64,000 nt of DNA. It comes from Vitrella brassicaformis CCMP3155. Lineage: Eukaryota; Protista; Chromerida. The notes beneath the pieces are model-generated. The model saw only the letters and a list, made by a program, of their open reading frames with translations, had not been told where the DNA came from and made no database searches. Within the stretch, counting starts at the first letter, position 1, and each line of letters starts with the position of its first letter. The DNA is taken from contig CDMY01000897.1 of the NCBI GenBank assembly GCA_001179505.1, forward strand, positions 62,001-126,000, in the 5' to 3' direction. Below, piece by piece: positions 36,205 to 51,424 of the stretch. The position numbers and the translations under genes were made by a program.

Positions 36205-39200
36205 ATGGAGGTGAGCAGCGGCGAGACGAGCGAGCGGAGCGCCGCCCTGAGCCCTCTGATCAAGCGCAAGCTGGAGGAGCTGCTGCCGGGCGTCGATGCG
36301 GACGTTTTGACTGAGTATGTGGAGCTCTTCGCCGCACAGAAGAAGGACAGGGGCGACTTCATCGAAGATCTCAAGGAGTTTCTCGGCGACAAGGTCAGTG
36401 GACACAGCGCACACGCAGAGACACACACACGTCAGTCTTGCCTGTCTGTTGTGTGTGTCGGTATGCGTCAGACGGTGGACTTCGTTGACTGGTTCCTGGC
36501 CCACCAGCAGCGCGTGTCGGCACCTCCCGAGGCAGCACCGCCACCAGCATCCCAGGAGGAGTCGTCTCGCGGCCGCAGCCGCGACGACCGGCGGGACGAC
36601 CGTGAGGACCGTGACTATGACCGATACGACAGCCGGGATGACGACAGATACAGCAGGGACAGAGACCGCGACAGACGCGACAGGAGATACAGGGTCAGTG
36701 AGGGAAGAGAGGAGAGTGGAGTGGCCACGAGCACCCTCTGACTGACGGGGCAATCCAATCAATCGTTGCCCTGCCCGTCTTGCCTCTGTCTGTGCTGTGT
36801 GTGATAGGATGAGCGGTCGCGTCGTGAGTACGAGTATGACCGCGATCGCGAGAGACGTGAGAGGGACAGGTATCGTGAGGGGGACTACAGGCGCGACAGG
36901 CGGGTGGACGAGAGGGACAGGCGGCCCAGGCCGCCCTCATCAATCGCCAACGAGGACCTCAGGAACGAGGTGAGTGAGCCACCAAGGTCATGTCGTCATG
37001 CTCGTGCATTGAAGTGACGGATGCACTCCACTGATGCACCTCGTAAGTCTCTGTTTGTGTATGGTTTGCGTCTGTCTGTCTTTTTACTTATGGCATGGCA
37101 GATTGACCGGCGTGCGCAAGAGCGAGACAAGCGAGAAGGTGAGGGAGTGAGTGAGGGCGTGGTGTGAGCTGCAGGATTCCACTTAGGATTCCACTTCCAC
37201 CCTCTCTCACTGTGATGTCCATTCCCTTGTCCTTTCCGTCCACACAGCCGGTGGTCGTGCCCGTGGCGGTCCCTTCGGCAACCTGATCCTCCGAGCTGCT
37301 CAGGAGGCTGCTGTGTCAGCGGGCGGGGAGGCCGCCGCTGTTCCACCTGGTGCTGCAGCTGCTGCACCCAAGACTGAACACAGGGTGAGCCACGCAAACA
37401 CAGATTGCCACAGAGGCCACCCCTCACCCCACACAATGTAATGCCGCCCCGCCGTGGATTTCTCCTTTGTCTTCCACATGATCGATCCATCAGGAGGGCG
37501 AGGAGGTGCACATGCAGACGTCCATCGAGATCGTTGACGACACCCCCGCCCCGCCCGGCCCCACACCCATCCCGTCGCCCGCAGCCGACCAGGAGCAGCC
37601 TGCAGCGGCAGCAGGATCGGCAGCGGCCGACCAGCAGATGGGTGGGGCGCCCCCAGAGCGGCCGGACCGACGCAGGCCGCGCGAGGAGCCGCCTCACCCA
37701 GAGGGAGGACCTGCTGCTGGTGGTCCAGGTCCTGGTGTTGGTGGCGGTCCCTTCATGCCGCAGCAGCCGCCACATCGTGTTGTGGTGCGTGTGGACCCCA
37801 TCACGGGTCATCGTGAGAACGCCCCGCCGCCGTTCAGTGCGGGCAGGCCGCCGTACAGCTACGAGCCGCCCTTCGCACCGGCCATCCCTGGGTGAGCGAG
37901 CTTGTAAAGGAAAGAGGGGAACACACACGACGACGCCTGTGTGATGTGATTGGTCTCTGTCTGTCCCTCTTGCTTGTGTGTTCAGTCCGCGAGGCCCTCC
38001 CCATCCGTATGGTCCGTTCCCCTCCCACCAGGCCATGCGCGGCCCGCCACACTTCGCCCGCCGAGGGGGGTTTGGTGAGGGTCCGTTCGGACCAGACCGC
38101 CCGCCACGCTTCCCCTTCGCCCCCCGACCATTCAGCCGCGGCGGCAGGGGACTCACCCTCACACCCGGGCCGGGCGCCTGGCAGGGCCCGCCGGGTGGTG
38201 GCGCTGGTGGTGGCGGTGGCGGCCCGCCGCAGCACAATGGCATGGAAGAGGACACACCGATCCCGCCCGACCAGCAGCAGCCGCAGCAGCAACAGCAGCA
38301 GCAGCCGGACATGGGAATGGGTGGTATGGGTGAGGAGCCGCACATGCCGCTGCCACCGGGTCAGGGTCCGTTCAGTGGTCAGCAGGAGCCGGGCAGGCCT
38401 GAGGGCGACGTCGAGATGGAGGGCATGCAGCCCACCAAGAAGATGAGGGCCGTCCTCAGGTGGGGGGCGTGGGGTGGGGGAGGCGCCTCGTGGGCTGTGT
38501 TGTGTTGTGGGGTGTCCCATCTCTGCTGTATGTGTGTCATTTGTGACATGACAGACCCAACCCATCGTTTCAGTGGCCGGAGGACGGCATGCAGATCGCA
38601 CCGCCGCCAGGGTGAGTCAGTGAGTGAGAGAGAGAGAGAGAGCAACTCGCACCCAATGCTCTGTGACCCCATCCCATCAGTGTGAATGAGTTCGGTATGC
38701 CATTGGGTGGTCCGGTTGGCGCGTTTGATGGCGGGGGTCCGATTGGCGCGTTTGATGACGGGCCGCCGCCGCCCCCCGAGGACCCCATGGCGGGGCTGCC
38801 CAAGGGACTCAAGCAACTCGCACACCTCTTCCCCGGCAAGGTGCGCAAATGCCCTCTGACAGACGGACGGATGTGACTGTTTTGCACGTCTGTTGTGTCT
38901 GTCGTGTGAACGGAAACATCAGAAGTTGAAGCGTTGCCGGAATTGGCCGGACTGTCCGTTTGGCGACCAGTGCAAATATGTCCACCCGTCCTCATTTGTA
39001 CGCACAAGGGGAGGGCGGAGGGGAGGGCGGAACAGCAAAGCGATGCGTCGAGAAACCAACCATCGATATATGCTATGCGTGTGCTTGGCTGTGGTGGTTG
39101 GTTGGTTCAGTGCAAGATGTGGCCCGGCTGCAGCTTTGGCAAGGAGTGCCTCTTCATCCACCCACAAGTGCCCTGCAGATTCGGTAGGTACACATGCATC

Positions 39201-40242
39201 CAATCCACTGCATTCCCACTCTAAGTCGATTGATGTGACATTCGCGTGTGTGTGTGTCCTTATTACCAAAATGACGTGATGTCAGGTATCCGCTGCAAGA
39301 ACGCCCGCTGCAGCTACGCGCACCCGCCGGGCTGGCAGCCATACGGCATGCTCGACACCATCAACAAGGGCGACCAATACTTCAACTCACTCACACCGGT
39401 TAGTAACCACTCTCTCCCACACACACACGCAGAGGCATCGACGCATAATCACCTCTCCACCGCTCCCTCCCCTGTTTGTGTGTCGTGTGCACGTCAATCA
39501 ATCAATCAACTAATCAAGCAGCACTGGTCCAAGGCCAACCGCAAGGCTCTCCACAAGAACCTGTCCCTCAACAGGTCGCAAATCGACCAGTTGGTCATCA
39601 AGCAAGACGAAGAGCGACAGGCGGCCGCCTCACAGCCAGGCGCCGAGGGGGACGCATCGGGCCATCATGACTGCATGCATCCCCACCAGGAGGGCGAGGT
39701 GCACTTGGGTGCCGACGGGGACGTTGAGATGGGTGTGGAGGGGGGCAGTGGGCACCAGAACGGCTGGGGGATGGGGTACGGCGACGAACATTACGGCCAT
39801 GGCCACGGGGAAGAGGAAGACGATGAGGAGACCACACGGGTCAGTGAGTGAGACGGAGACAACGCGCACACACACACACACTTTGTCGAATCTCTTTCTC
39901 CTTCCATTCCATCCACCTCAGAGGCAATTAGAGGAGCTGCAGCAGCTTGAGAAGGCCGAGGCAGAGCGCGACACCTCTGACCACCCGCACCCACACCACC
40001 CACCCGGCACATCGGCCGACACAGCAGCGGGCGGCGGCGGCAACACCACCTCCAACCCCAACGCGTCCCACTCCCTCACCCGAGAGGAGTATCTCCGTGT
40101 CTATGGCTTCCAGCCGTCGAGTGCGGGCGCCACTCCTCGCCAATTCACTCAGCAAGGCAGCATCGAGTCGCAGCAGAGCCAGCAGCAGCAGCCGGGCCCT
40201 GCTGCTGCTGGAGGGGCGGGTGGGGGGCAGACGGCAGCATAA
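36205..40242 (+). CDS. NAB2: Nab2/ZC3H14-like polyadenosine RNA-binding protein (PWI-like N-terminus, RD-rich and P/G-rich regions, tandem CCCH fingers)
   Basis: LIKRKLEELLPGVDADVLTEYVELFAAQKKDRGDFIEDLKEFLGDK|TVDFVDWF (PWI-like). Fingers CRNWPDCPFGDQCKYVHP, CKMWPGCSFGKECLFIHP and CRFG..RCKNARCSYAHP have Nab2-type spacing. TAA ends at 40242. Confidence 0.75.
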
Positions 40243-40950
40243 TGAAGGGGAAAGAATTCGATTCGCAGTGTGCATGTTGATGCTTTCTTGTTTAATGGGC
40301 TGAGGGATAGGGAGGGAGGGAGGGAGGGCCCGATGACTGACTGACTGACTGACGGACGTACGGAGTTTTGTCTCTCAGTCAGATGGTGGGGTGTTGTTCG
40401 TGGAGTCAGCTGTTCACGCTTCCATGCAATCCTTGCTCGTCTCGTTCGTGCTTTGAATCAATCAACAGCTTTGGCTGTCTGTCTGTCTGTGGTTGTATGG
40501 GTGGTGTGGTGTGGTGCCGTCTCCATGCCACGTCATACACACGCACACACACACACACACACATTGGTGTGAGCCACTCTGTCCTCGTGAGTGTGTGTGT
40601 GTGTGTATGTGACCTATGCTGTGCGTCCCGTCCCGTTGGATCCCGCATTTTTCAATAGCAGTGTCTCGTTCCATGACCTCATGACATGTGCTGGGTGGGC
40701 TGGGCGTGGTTTTGCCCGACAGACAGACACCCGGCAGACAGACAGACGGACAGGCAGGCGCAAGATGCGGGTGACAGACTGATACACAGAAAAGCTTATG
40801 GGTTATGCGTGTGTGGGTATCTGTGTGTGCCACTGTGTGGGTGGATGGACGGACGGATGCGTGGGACCAACCAACCCGTAAGTATACTGAATGTACTGAA
40901 TTGAATGATGGAGAGAGTCATGAGGGAGTGGGGGATCATCACAGCATGTC

Positions 40951-41375
40951 CACACCGCGCAAAAGGCGAGAGAAGTGGATGAACGGAGCCAACAGATATA
41001 AAACGTAGGCAACGATAGCCACGACACCACACGGACGACACGAGGGAAGGCACCATTCGCACACACACACTCCATCCGTTCCATTGCGTGGCATGAGTCA
41101 GTTGCGTCACACACACCCGACTTGTCACTTGTCAGGCGATGTACGTATTCCCCACCCTCGTACACCCACACACACAGACCCACACACCATCCATCCATCC
41201 GTCCAGCACTTCCCCAGCCCCCGGCCGCACTGCACGGCCTATCACTCTCTGGGTGGCGAAGGGAAGGCAGACAGAGGTGGAGAATGGCAAAAAACAAGCT
41301 CTCTCCGTGCACGGCCTGCAAAAGGCGGGAGAAATGGATAAATGGAACCAACAGATATAAAACGTACGCAACGAT
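40951..41375 (-). repeat. Two nearby copies of the 3' module (40951-41016, 41318-41375), reading AIVAYVLYLL(A/V)PFIHFSRLL
   Basis: AAAAGGCG(A/G)GAGAA(G/A)TGGAT(G/A)AA(C/T)GGA(G/A)CCAACAGATATAAAACGTA(G/C)GCAACGATAGCCA occurs twice about 360 bp apart. Confidence 0.9.
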
Positions 41376-42433
41376 AGCCAGAGTGGCTGCCTGGCGCCCA
41401 CTTTGACTGGCATCTCTGCCGCAGCATGAGAACGGGTGCTGCAGGAAAAAGGAGGGTGGCTCAGCCCCCTTCTCCTTCTGCCGCTGCTGCTGCTGCTGCT
41501 GCTGGGCCTGTTGCTGCTGGGCCTGTGGAGTCTTCCATATCATAATCTCTCCGCCGTCGCTGTTGGCCTCCTCATTCTCTGCACGACCTGACACATCCAA
41601 CACATCCGACCAACACATCCGACCAACAAAAACAAGTGCAGTGCAGTGCAGTGGACACCATACACACGTGATTGGATTGACAGACACGCCCTGCCCTGCC
41701 CTCTCCCTGCCCTGTACGTATGTATCTGCTTTGTGGCTGGCACTGGCTGCTCACCTTGTTGCGTCTCCTCCTGCTGCTGCATGGCCTGCATCAACTGCAT
41801 GGCCTGCTGCCCCGAGTGACACTGACGAGGACAAATCACAGAGACAGAGGTGGGAGCCATATGAATGGCTTGAGTGCTGGGTGCTATGCTGCCCTGCCAC
41901 TTACGGGTTGCACTTCGAATGGCGAGGGCTGGATCCAATCTGGGAGAGACTCCGCTGACACAAGCAGACGAAGAGTCAGTCAATCAGATGTTCATATCAC
42001 GCGATGGACTGATTCTCACTCTCTACCTGATTGGGCTCTTTGTGTGCGCCCCTCTCCCGCATGCAAGTCATGTCGGAACTTTTCGACTCCGCTGGGTCCA
42101 GTAATACCTCCTCAGGCAGCGCACCTGACATAACGTACGTACATACAGACAGACGAGAGAAGAGGAGCTGACACGAATGAAGGCTCGCCCGTCCGTCGTG
42201 TGTGTCTCGTGTGTGTGTGTACCTAGTCCGATCATGGGGTCTGTTGGTGGTGGGCTGAGCCGACCGACTGCAGGCACACATTGATGGATGGATGCTGCAG
42301 TGTACTGGCTCTCCTTCCATACGTACATACTTATGAGATTCAGCAGCACAGGGTGTGATTCCTCCGTTCCCCAGTCTGGTCCCAATAATTGATAGAGTGG
42401 GCGGTCGAGGTCTTGGTCACTGTGAACGACAGA

Positions 42434-42464
<31 letters not shown>

Positions 42465-43459
42465 GTGGGCTCGGCATGCAAAGATGCATACACACGCACC
42501 TCGTCTCTGTGAATTTTCTCTGTGCCCGGAACACCGCCGCCGGTTTTCATGTCTTTCTGCCACACCTGTCCACATGCGTCAATACACGTATCTTCAGAGA
42601 AATATACAGGCAGGGAGGTCCCCCACGTGGATCTGCAGCTTCTCTCGGTGGGTATCATGACGCGCCACACGCACAATTGAAACGTCCTGAAGAATACACA
42701 CAAGAATCAGCCATATGTGCGAGCGAGTTGCGCACGTACCTTTATCTCTTGCGCGATGAGCAGGCGGCTCAGCGGTGTCGTTACGTACTTCTCCAGGTAC
42801 CTTGATGGTGCATATGTGAAAGGATGTGCACACACCACTCAGCAATGCGTCTCTACTACCTGCTGAGTGGTCTTGCCCCGTATGCAGGTGGTCTAGTGCC
42901 TCGACAGAGAACTCTACCTGTGCACGCACTAATACTTCTGTCTGTATGTGCGATTCTGTGTGCTGGAGTGTTTGAATACGGAGATGTCTCGGCCTGAGAG
43001 TCTGTTTGCCAGCTCCCTCGCCTGGTTCTTCAGCACACCGCGCAGCTGCGCCTGCACACATGCGAATACGACTGCGTATATCAAATTGGCGCGGCGGTCA
43101 CGTCACCCACCTTTGTGAGGGGCTCGAACACCATCACTGCATCCAGGCGGTTCAAAATTCTGCACAGGACACACATGCTCGTACACGTGTCATCTGTCGG
43201 CGTGCTTGACACACACCCGGGCGGAGAACGGCCTGAACGTCTTTAATTGCCCGAGCCTTTGCCGCTTGCTTGGCCTTCTGCAAAGGCCCATCCCATCGTT
43301 ACATCTCGCTTTGGTGTGTGTGTGTGTCGTTGTGTGTGTGTGTGTGTGTGTGTGTGGAGAGCGACGCACGTTGTCACGGCCTTCGAAGACCCCCGCCACG
43401 GGGTGCCGAGTGCCGACGTTGGATGTCATGATGATGACCTGCACGTATACCATGTATGC

Positions 43460-45770
43460 AGAGAGATGCATGTGTACGTAGCAATGCGGCATACTCCGTG
43501 TCAAGGTCCAGCTCGTAGATGGAGCTGGCCGAGCTCGAGGGGGGCGAAGTTGCGGAGGTTCTGCAGCTCGATCTCCTCCAGAGGATCAAGCGGCATCAAT
43601 TTGGCCCCACCTGATCATGGATCGATGAGACACGAGCGACACACACATAAAGTGACCACCATAATCCGCCCGCCCTTCAGGGGGGCCAGGCCAGGCCTCC
43701 TCTGTAGTGCAGCCGCTGGTCTGTGCCGGTCAGTCGGTCTTCTTACCGCTGGCCGCATCATCTATGCTCGCCGGGATCTCCTGCTGTTGATGCAGCGGTG
43801 CCGGCAATTGGAAAGGCATCTGGGGCTTGGGTGCGGGCGGGATCGACGGGAGTACCACGTGAGACGACCCGAAGCCGCCAGCCATCATGCTGCCGTCACC
43901 GAGAGTCGGGCTCACCACACCACGTGCTGGTCGGATACAGCGGCTTGGGTCATGCCCTGGGGTGACGACATGGTGGGCAGAAACGAGGGACCAAACCAAG
44001 GGTGATCCAATGCCTCTTGAGCTGACACACAAATCACAGAGCGTCTCTTCAGGGATCCATCCAGATGGGAGAGCTATCCTAACCTCACCTGAGAATAGTC
44101 TGTTGTTTGGGTTGTACTCAAGGAGTCTGCTGACGAGGTCAGTGGCCGCAGGGAATCGCTTAGCCACCGCATCATCAAAACTTACACCCTGACACAGATG
44201 AAGGGGTCAGTTGTGTCTCAGGGCTTGTCTGTGTTGATATGGCTGCTGTCTCCCGCCTCTTACCTGACTGAGTATTCTTAAGACTTCCTCGTTGCTTTTG
44301 CAGCTGGACAAGTCATATGGGAGATAAACCGTGAATCAACACATACGCGTGGGGGGATGTCTCTGGCTTACAGGATGACGCCGCAGCTCCACAGATCCGA
44401 CGCCCGTGTGTACTGGCCCTTGTGGCACTCGGGGGCTGCACACAACAGACACACTTTCCCACTCTGGTCTGTATTGCTTCCTTCGCTCATTCTCTCACCA
44501 TGTAATCTTTGGTGCCGACTCCCCATCTCGAAAACGAACGCAGCTGATGTGACAGCACAATGAGATATACTTCCCTTGGTCTGCTATTTCCTTCCGAATA
44601 CAAATATGTCGCTTACTGTCCCATGGGTCTCCCCATCCGTCCAGCGGTGCACCTCCACGGCCCAATACCGAGGATCTCCCTCGCCTTCCCGCCTGCACGA
44701 CACATCAGAACCGAGCCCACGAATGTGTCAGTGTGTGAGTGATGCTTGTGTGTTGATCACTTACGCAGGCACTGCCGCCTGGTGGCGGAAGCCGCTCAGG
44801 CATGCCTTGAGGAATCTGCCGTTGGTCAGCACCGCCTCAAACAACAGCACACGCGACGGCTTGAGGCCACGGTGGACACAATTGCTGAACACAGGCAACA
44901 GAAAATGTCTGTGCGCGACTGTATCCTCACAAGATGTCTGCCTTGCTGACCACTGATGCACCACTTTGAATCCCTCCAGAGCACCCCCTTCGAACCACCC
45001 GATCAGCGAGTCCGACGCTGTCTTGACCTTCTCACTGAACGACACACACGATGCCGAGGATCAGTTTGGCTCTTGTAGCTTCATTTTTCGTTCAATTTAC
45101 CTCTCGAGCAGCGATTGTACGTCGCCGCTGGCTCTTACGCTGGGGATGAACACGTATGAGTCCTTGACGGTGGCCTATCCGACAAGTGCGATGTACGGTG
45201 ACCGTGCAGCCACATAGGACTAAGCGCAGGCGGCACACGTGATCTGCATAAGACACGCACACAACCTGTACTGATGCATTCACGTATGCAGCCATCGTAC
45301 CATGACGTAGGTGTGTGGGCGTGGAGTGATTTGGTATACCTGCATGACGAAATGTCCAACACGTTGCCTGCTGGCTGCGGCAACAGGGACGCTCTCTTCG
45401 CCACCACCAACTACCTCCAGTCCATGCGTCACGGTGTCTAAGTGAAAGGGAGAAAGGAAGAACCATGCACGCCGTGAGCGCTTTCCTCTTGCGAAGTCCG
45501 TGTCGTGAACAGCCGTCCCATGGACCTTGTGCGGTCGCTCACTTGGCTTGGGTGTCTTGGTGTATTCAAGGCGCTTCCGTGCCATCCAACCAAGTCGGTC
45601 TGCCCATACGACCATCTGCACACAAAGGCACACAGAGGGGGAGAAGGAGAGAGACACTGTGATACGCACTCTAGAGTGGTGCTCACTTGTTGGGCGTCAC
45701 GTCATCGGTGTATCCACAAGACTGTCATAGATATAAAACGTAGGCAGCGATGAACGCGGCCCTCCCGTGC
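43460..45770 (-). pseudogene. Degenerate CAMK/CDPK-like kinase nested between ClpB exons
   Basis: Spliced exons in kinase subdomain order: WMARKRL (II), HFVMQ (V), CVHRGLKPSRVLL (VIb; HRD to HRG), KACLSGF (VII; DFG lost), APECHKGQYTRASDLWSCGVIL (VIII-IX), KSNEEVLRILSQ|GVSFDD...AATDLVSRLLEYNPNNRLFS|AQEALDHPW (X-XI), then LQNLRNFA (junction-like). No EF-hands were seen. Confidence 0.75.
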
Positions 45771-47184
45771 GCGACCTCCGACTGGCCATGTGACGGGTGC
45801 GCACGCCTGAAAGAAAGAACGCGGCTTCATTCATCCTTACTTGTGCGCCGCTTCATTCATCCTTACTTTTATCAGAGAATACCCCTCTTCCCCTTTGTTG
45901 CCTATTCGCTCACCAGTGGTGCTACTCGGCCCTCTCGGCGCGTTCGATTGGCGCCTCCTCGCCACCTTTGCCACAGCGCCCGCAAAGGCGACAGCAGCCA
46001 GGGCCGCGACCGAGACGACGGGGAAGGTGAAAACCATAAGGGGCAGCACATGGCCGGCGACAATCACCAAACGTTTCCCCTGCGTGAGCAGTCGTATGCA
46101 TGCATACACATGAATGCAGCTGCTGCATATGCACCGACCTGTGCGTCTGTGAGGCGGCCGTCGTCCAGCTCTTGCAGCAGCGTGTTGAATATATGCGGAT
46201 GTGCTTTTTCCATTTCGTCGAACAGCACCGCGATGTACACATCAATACATATGCACGTGTCAGGGGAGTAACGACATATGTGTATAAACACACCTGTAAG
46301 GGCGCCTCTTGACGGCCTCTGTGAGCTGGCCGCCCTCCTCGTAGCCCACGTAGCCGGGCGGCGAGCCTGATGTGTATCATATAGAATGTGATTACATGTA
46401 TATACATACATCTTATATACCAATGAGTCTGCTGACTGAGTGGCTTTCCGGGAACTCCGACATGTCGAAGCGCACAAGGTTCTTCTCGTCGTCGAATGGC
46501 TGCATGCATGTGTGCACACACGTGTACACATGTGTCTCTGGCGGTCTGTCTGTGTGCAGTGAGTACGTCACCTCTGCTGCGACTGCCTTGGCAAGGTTCG
46601 TCTTGCCCACACCTGTTGCAAACACGTTGTGTTGTGTTCTGTGCGAAGACTAGGCCTGGATACCCACCTGTAGGCCCCAGAAATAGAAAGGAGCCCAGCG
46701 GCTTCCCCCGCCGGCTCAAACCAGACCTGAACACAAACACACAGAACACAAACAACCTTTCTATGTTGCGTGCGCGTGTGTGTGTCTCGAAACATGCGCG
46801 TCAGCACCCCGATCTCAGCACGGCATCGACCACGGCTTGGACGGCGTAGTCTTGCCCCACCGCTCGCTGAGATCAGCAAAGATGCCCCTCTCTCTCTCTC
46901 GCCCTGTGTGTGTGTGCGGACCTGGTGGAGGCGCTTTGAGAGGTCCAGAAGCCTCTCGCTCTCGCTGGTGGTCAGCTTGGTCACGGGGATGCCCGTCCAA
47001 TCAGACAGCTGTGCACAAATGGATGTGCAGGTGTATGCACGTGTGAATGTGCTTCTCAAACCAACGAGCGCACCACAGCGGCGATCTGATCGGCGCCGAC
47101 GATTATGACATTCTGTACACACCATTAACAGGTGTACGTGTGTGCAATGACATTATGTATACACGTACCTGTGCCGAGATGCCT

Positions 47185-47254
47185 GGACGACCGAAGCCTT
47201 TCACTTCACCGCCGAGCACGGACGACCGAAGCCTTTCACTTCACCGCCGAGCAC
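47185..47254. repeat. Perfect 35-bp tandem duplication inside a ClpB exon (frameshifting)
   Basis: GGACGACCGAAGCCTTTCACTTCACCGCCGAGCAC x2. Confidence 0.95.
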
Positions 47255-48561
47255 GCCTCGTCGACTGCAACGCACGAATGCATATGTGTGATACAGTGCT
47301 GTGGCATGTGAGAATATGTGCACCAACCGATGTCGACCGCCTTGTCGGGCTGGTTCCGGTAGGGGACGTACCGATTGCTGCAAAGGCACAGCGGCATCCT
47401 TGCGCACCGGTATTTGAGCGTGGCGTATGTGTACGTGAGCTGCACGGCGGCCATGAGTGCGTCGTCAGCGATGCGGACGTTGTGGCTCTTCTCGTACTTG
47501 TCCTTCACGCCTGTGTACATCCACACAAACATAAAAAGTACGTGCCTGTGCTCATCTATCTAGGTGTGCATGGGTGTGTATATGAACCGCGCAAAATCGA
47601 TCTCACAAACACCTGCACGCAGCCAGAGACACGGACAGGTCATATATGCAGCTCCCGTGTCTCTGGCCGCTTGCCTTCTGGAACCGTCTCTCAAATGCGG
47701 CGTCCTGTGTACACGGACATGCACAGAGACCCACACTTCTTCTTTGGATGCTCACCTTTTCTATGTGCTTGTGGTATTCGTCTTGAGTCGTTGCGCCGAT
47801 GCGTCTGCATGCGTACGCATTAGTGGGCTGTGCAGATCCCTCCGCGGTTGTGTGTGTGTGTACTTGACGCTTGGCGGGCTTGAGCAAGTTGGCGGCATCC
47901 ATGGCACCTTCTCCTTTCCCTACATACAGTGTATGTGTCTTCGCTTGTGTGTACACAAGTGTGTCTAGTACCTGCCCCAAGCCGAAGATTCAGCTCGTCA
48001 AAAAACAGAATCACCTCGCCTGCATTCCACATTCGTGAAGGAAAACGTGTGTATGCATACACATGTGCACTGCTGTGCACCTTTGCTCTCTTCTGCCTCC
48101 TTGATCACTTGCTTCAGCCGCTCTTTGAAATCGCCGCGCAGCTTGGCACCTGATCGATCCGCCTCAACACGCGTATCCATGCAGACTGAGTGAGCAACGA
48201 ATTGTATTGTATTATATGTATTGGTCCACCCGCAATCAGGCCAGCCAGGTCGACTTCCACAACACGACTGCCTTGGAGCTGCTCGGGCACGCGGCCCTCT
48301 CGAGCGCGACGGCCCAGCGCTTCGACGATGGCCGTCGTGCCCACTCCCGGCTACTCCCGGCTCACCTACGAGAAGAAGGCTGCTTTTGTTGTGTCAGACA
48401 TAAACCAGCCACAAAGCGAGCGATGGGGGGACGAAGTAAAGACTGAGATCTTTTCGTACGTGGTCTTGCTGAGGATGGTCACGACGCGCTCCAGCTCTTC
48501 TTCTCGGCCGATGACTGGCGCAGCTGGACTGTTTGTCAGGTCCCTGCACCAATGGGATGAC

Positions 48562-48595
<34 letters not shown>

Positions 48596-48610
48596 CTGGA
48601 CCGTATGCGT

Positions 48611-49060
48611 ACCAGTTGGCGTGTTGAATTGGCGCCCAAAGAGAGAGCCGTTTGCGGAAGCCGCCCAAAGAGAAAGGATGAGCAGAGAAAGGAGCAGGAT
48701 GGCCACAGGAGTCGGAAAATGGATGAAATCACGCTTTTTCTCAGAGAGACGTCCCGTCTCGCGAACGCGAAATTCTCGTCGAATTTTGTAGCTCGCATTT
48801 TGTCTGTCTAGGACATTCCGTGAAACTGCTCGCAATCCGCTCCCTGTCCCTCCCTCCGTGTGGCTTGCCTGAATGAAGTGAAGCCTGCCGCCAGCAAAGC
48901 AGCGGATATCTGACTTTCTTTCGCCTCGTCTTTCTAGCAGTGCCTACTCGTCCGCAGACGTCAGCAAAGCGACCTCAACGCTGCGTGCCGTCATTATGAC
49001 GCGGTCGGTGCCCTCTGACCCGCCATGCCAGCCGTCAGCGGCTCCCGATGCGCCCAGGCG
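48611..49060 (-). repeat. 5' module copy 2; homolog of 22163-22586
   Basis: Reverse complement aligns to copy 1. It reads PVAILLLSLLILSLWAASANGSLFG and ends at the homologous donor G|GTACGC (48612). It lies between the ClpB pseudogene and GGPPS. Confidence 0.9.
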
Positions 49061-49094
49061 GCGAGGCTGTAAGAGCTGTGCTGATGTGGTGAGG

Positions 49095-51424
<2,330 letters not shown>

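Larger units (their letters stand above)
42360..48560 (-). pseudogene. CLPB: ClpB/Hsp100 AAA+ chaperone pseudogene (no N-domain or M-domain; several frameshifts; interrupted by a kinase relic)
   Basis: NBD1: PVIGREEELERVVTILSK, PGVGTTAIVEALG (Walker A Lys to Thr, plus a 10-nt duplication), [84 protein letters not shown]2: SFLFLGPT|[17 protein letters not shown]...[47 protein letters not shown], then after a 2.6-kb interruption VIIMTSNVG, LNRLDAVMVFEPL, YGARPL, YLEKYVTTPLSRLLI. Confidence 0.85.
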
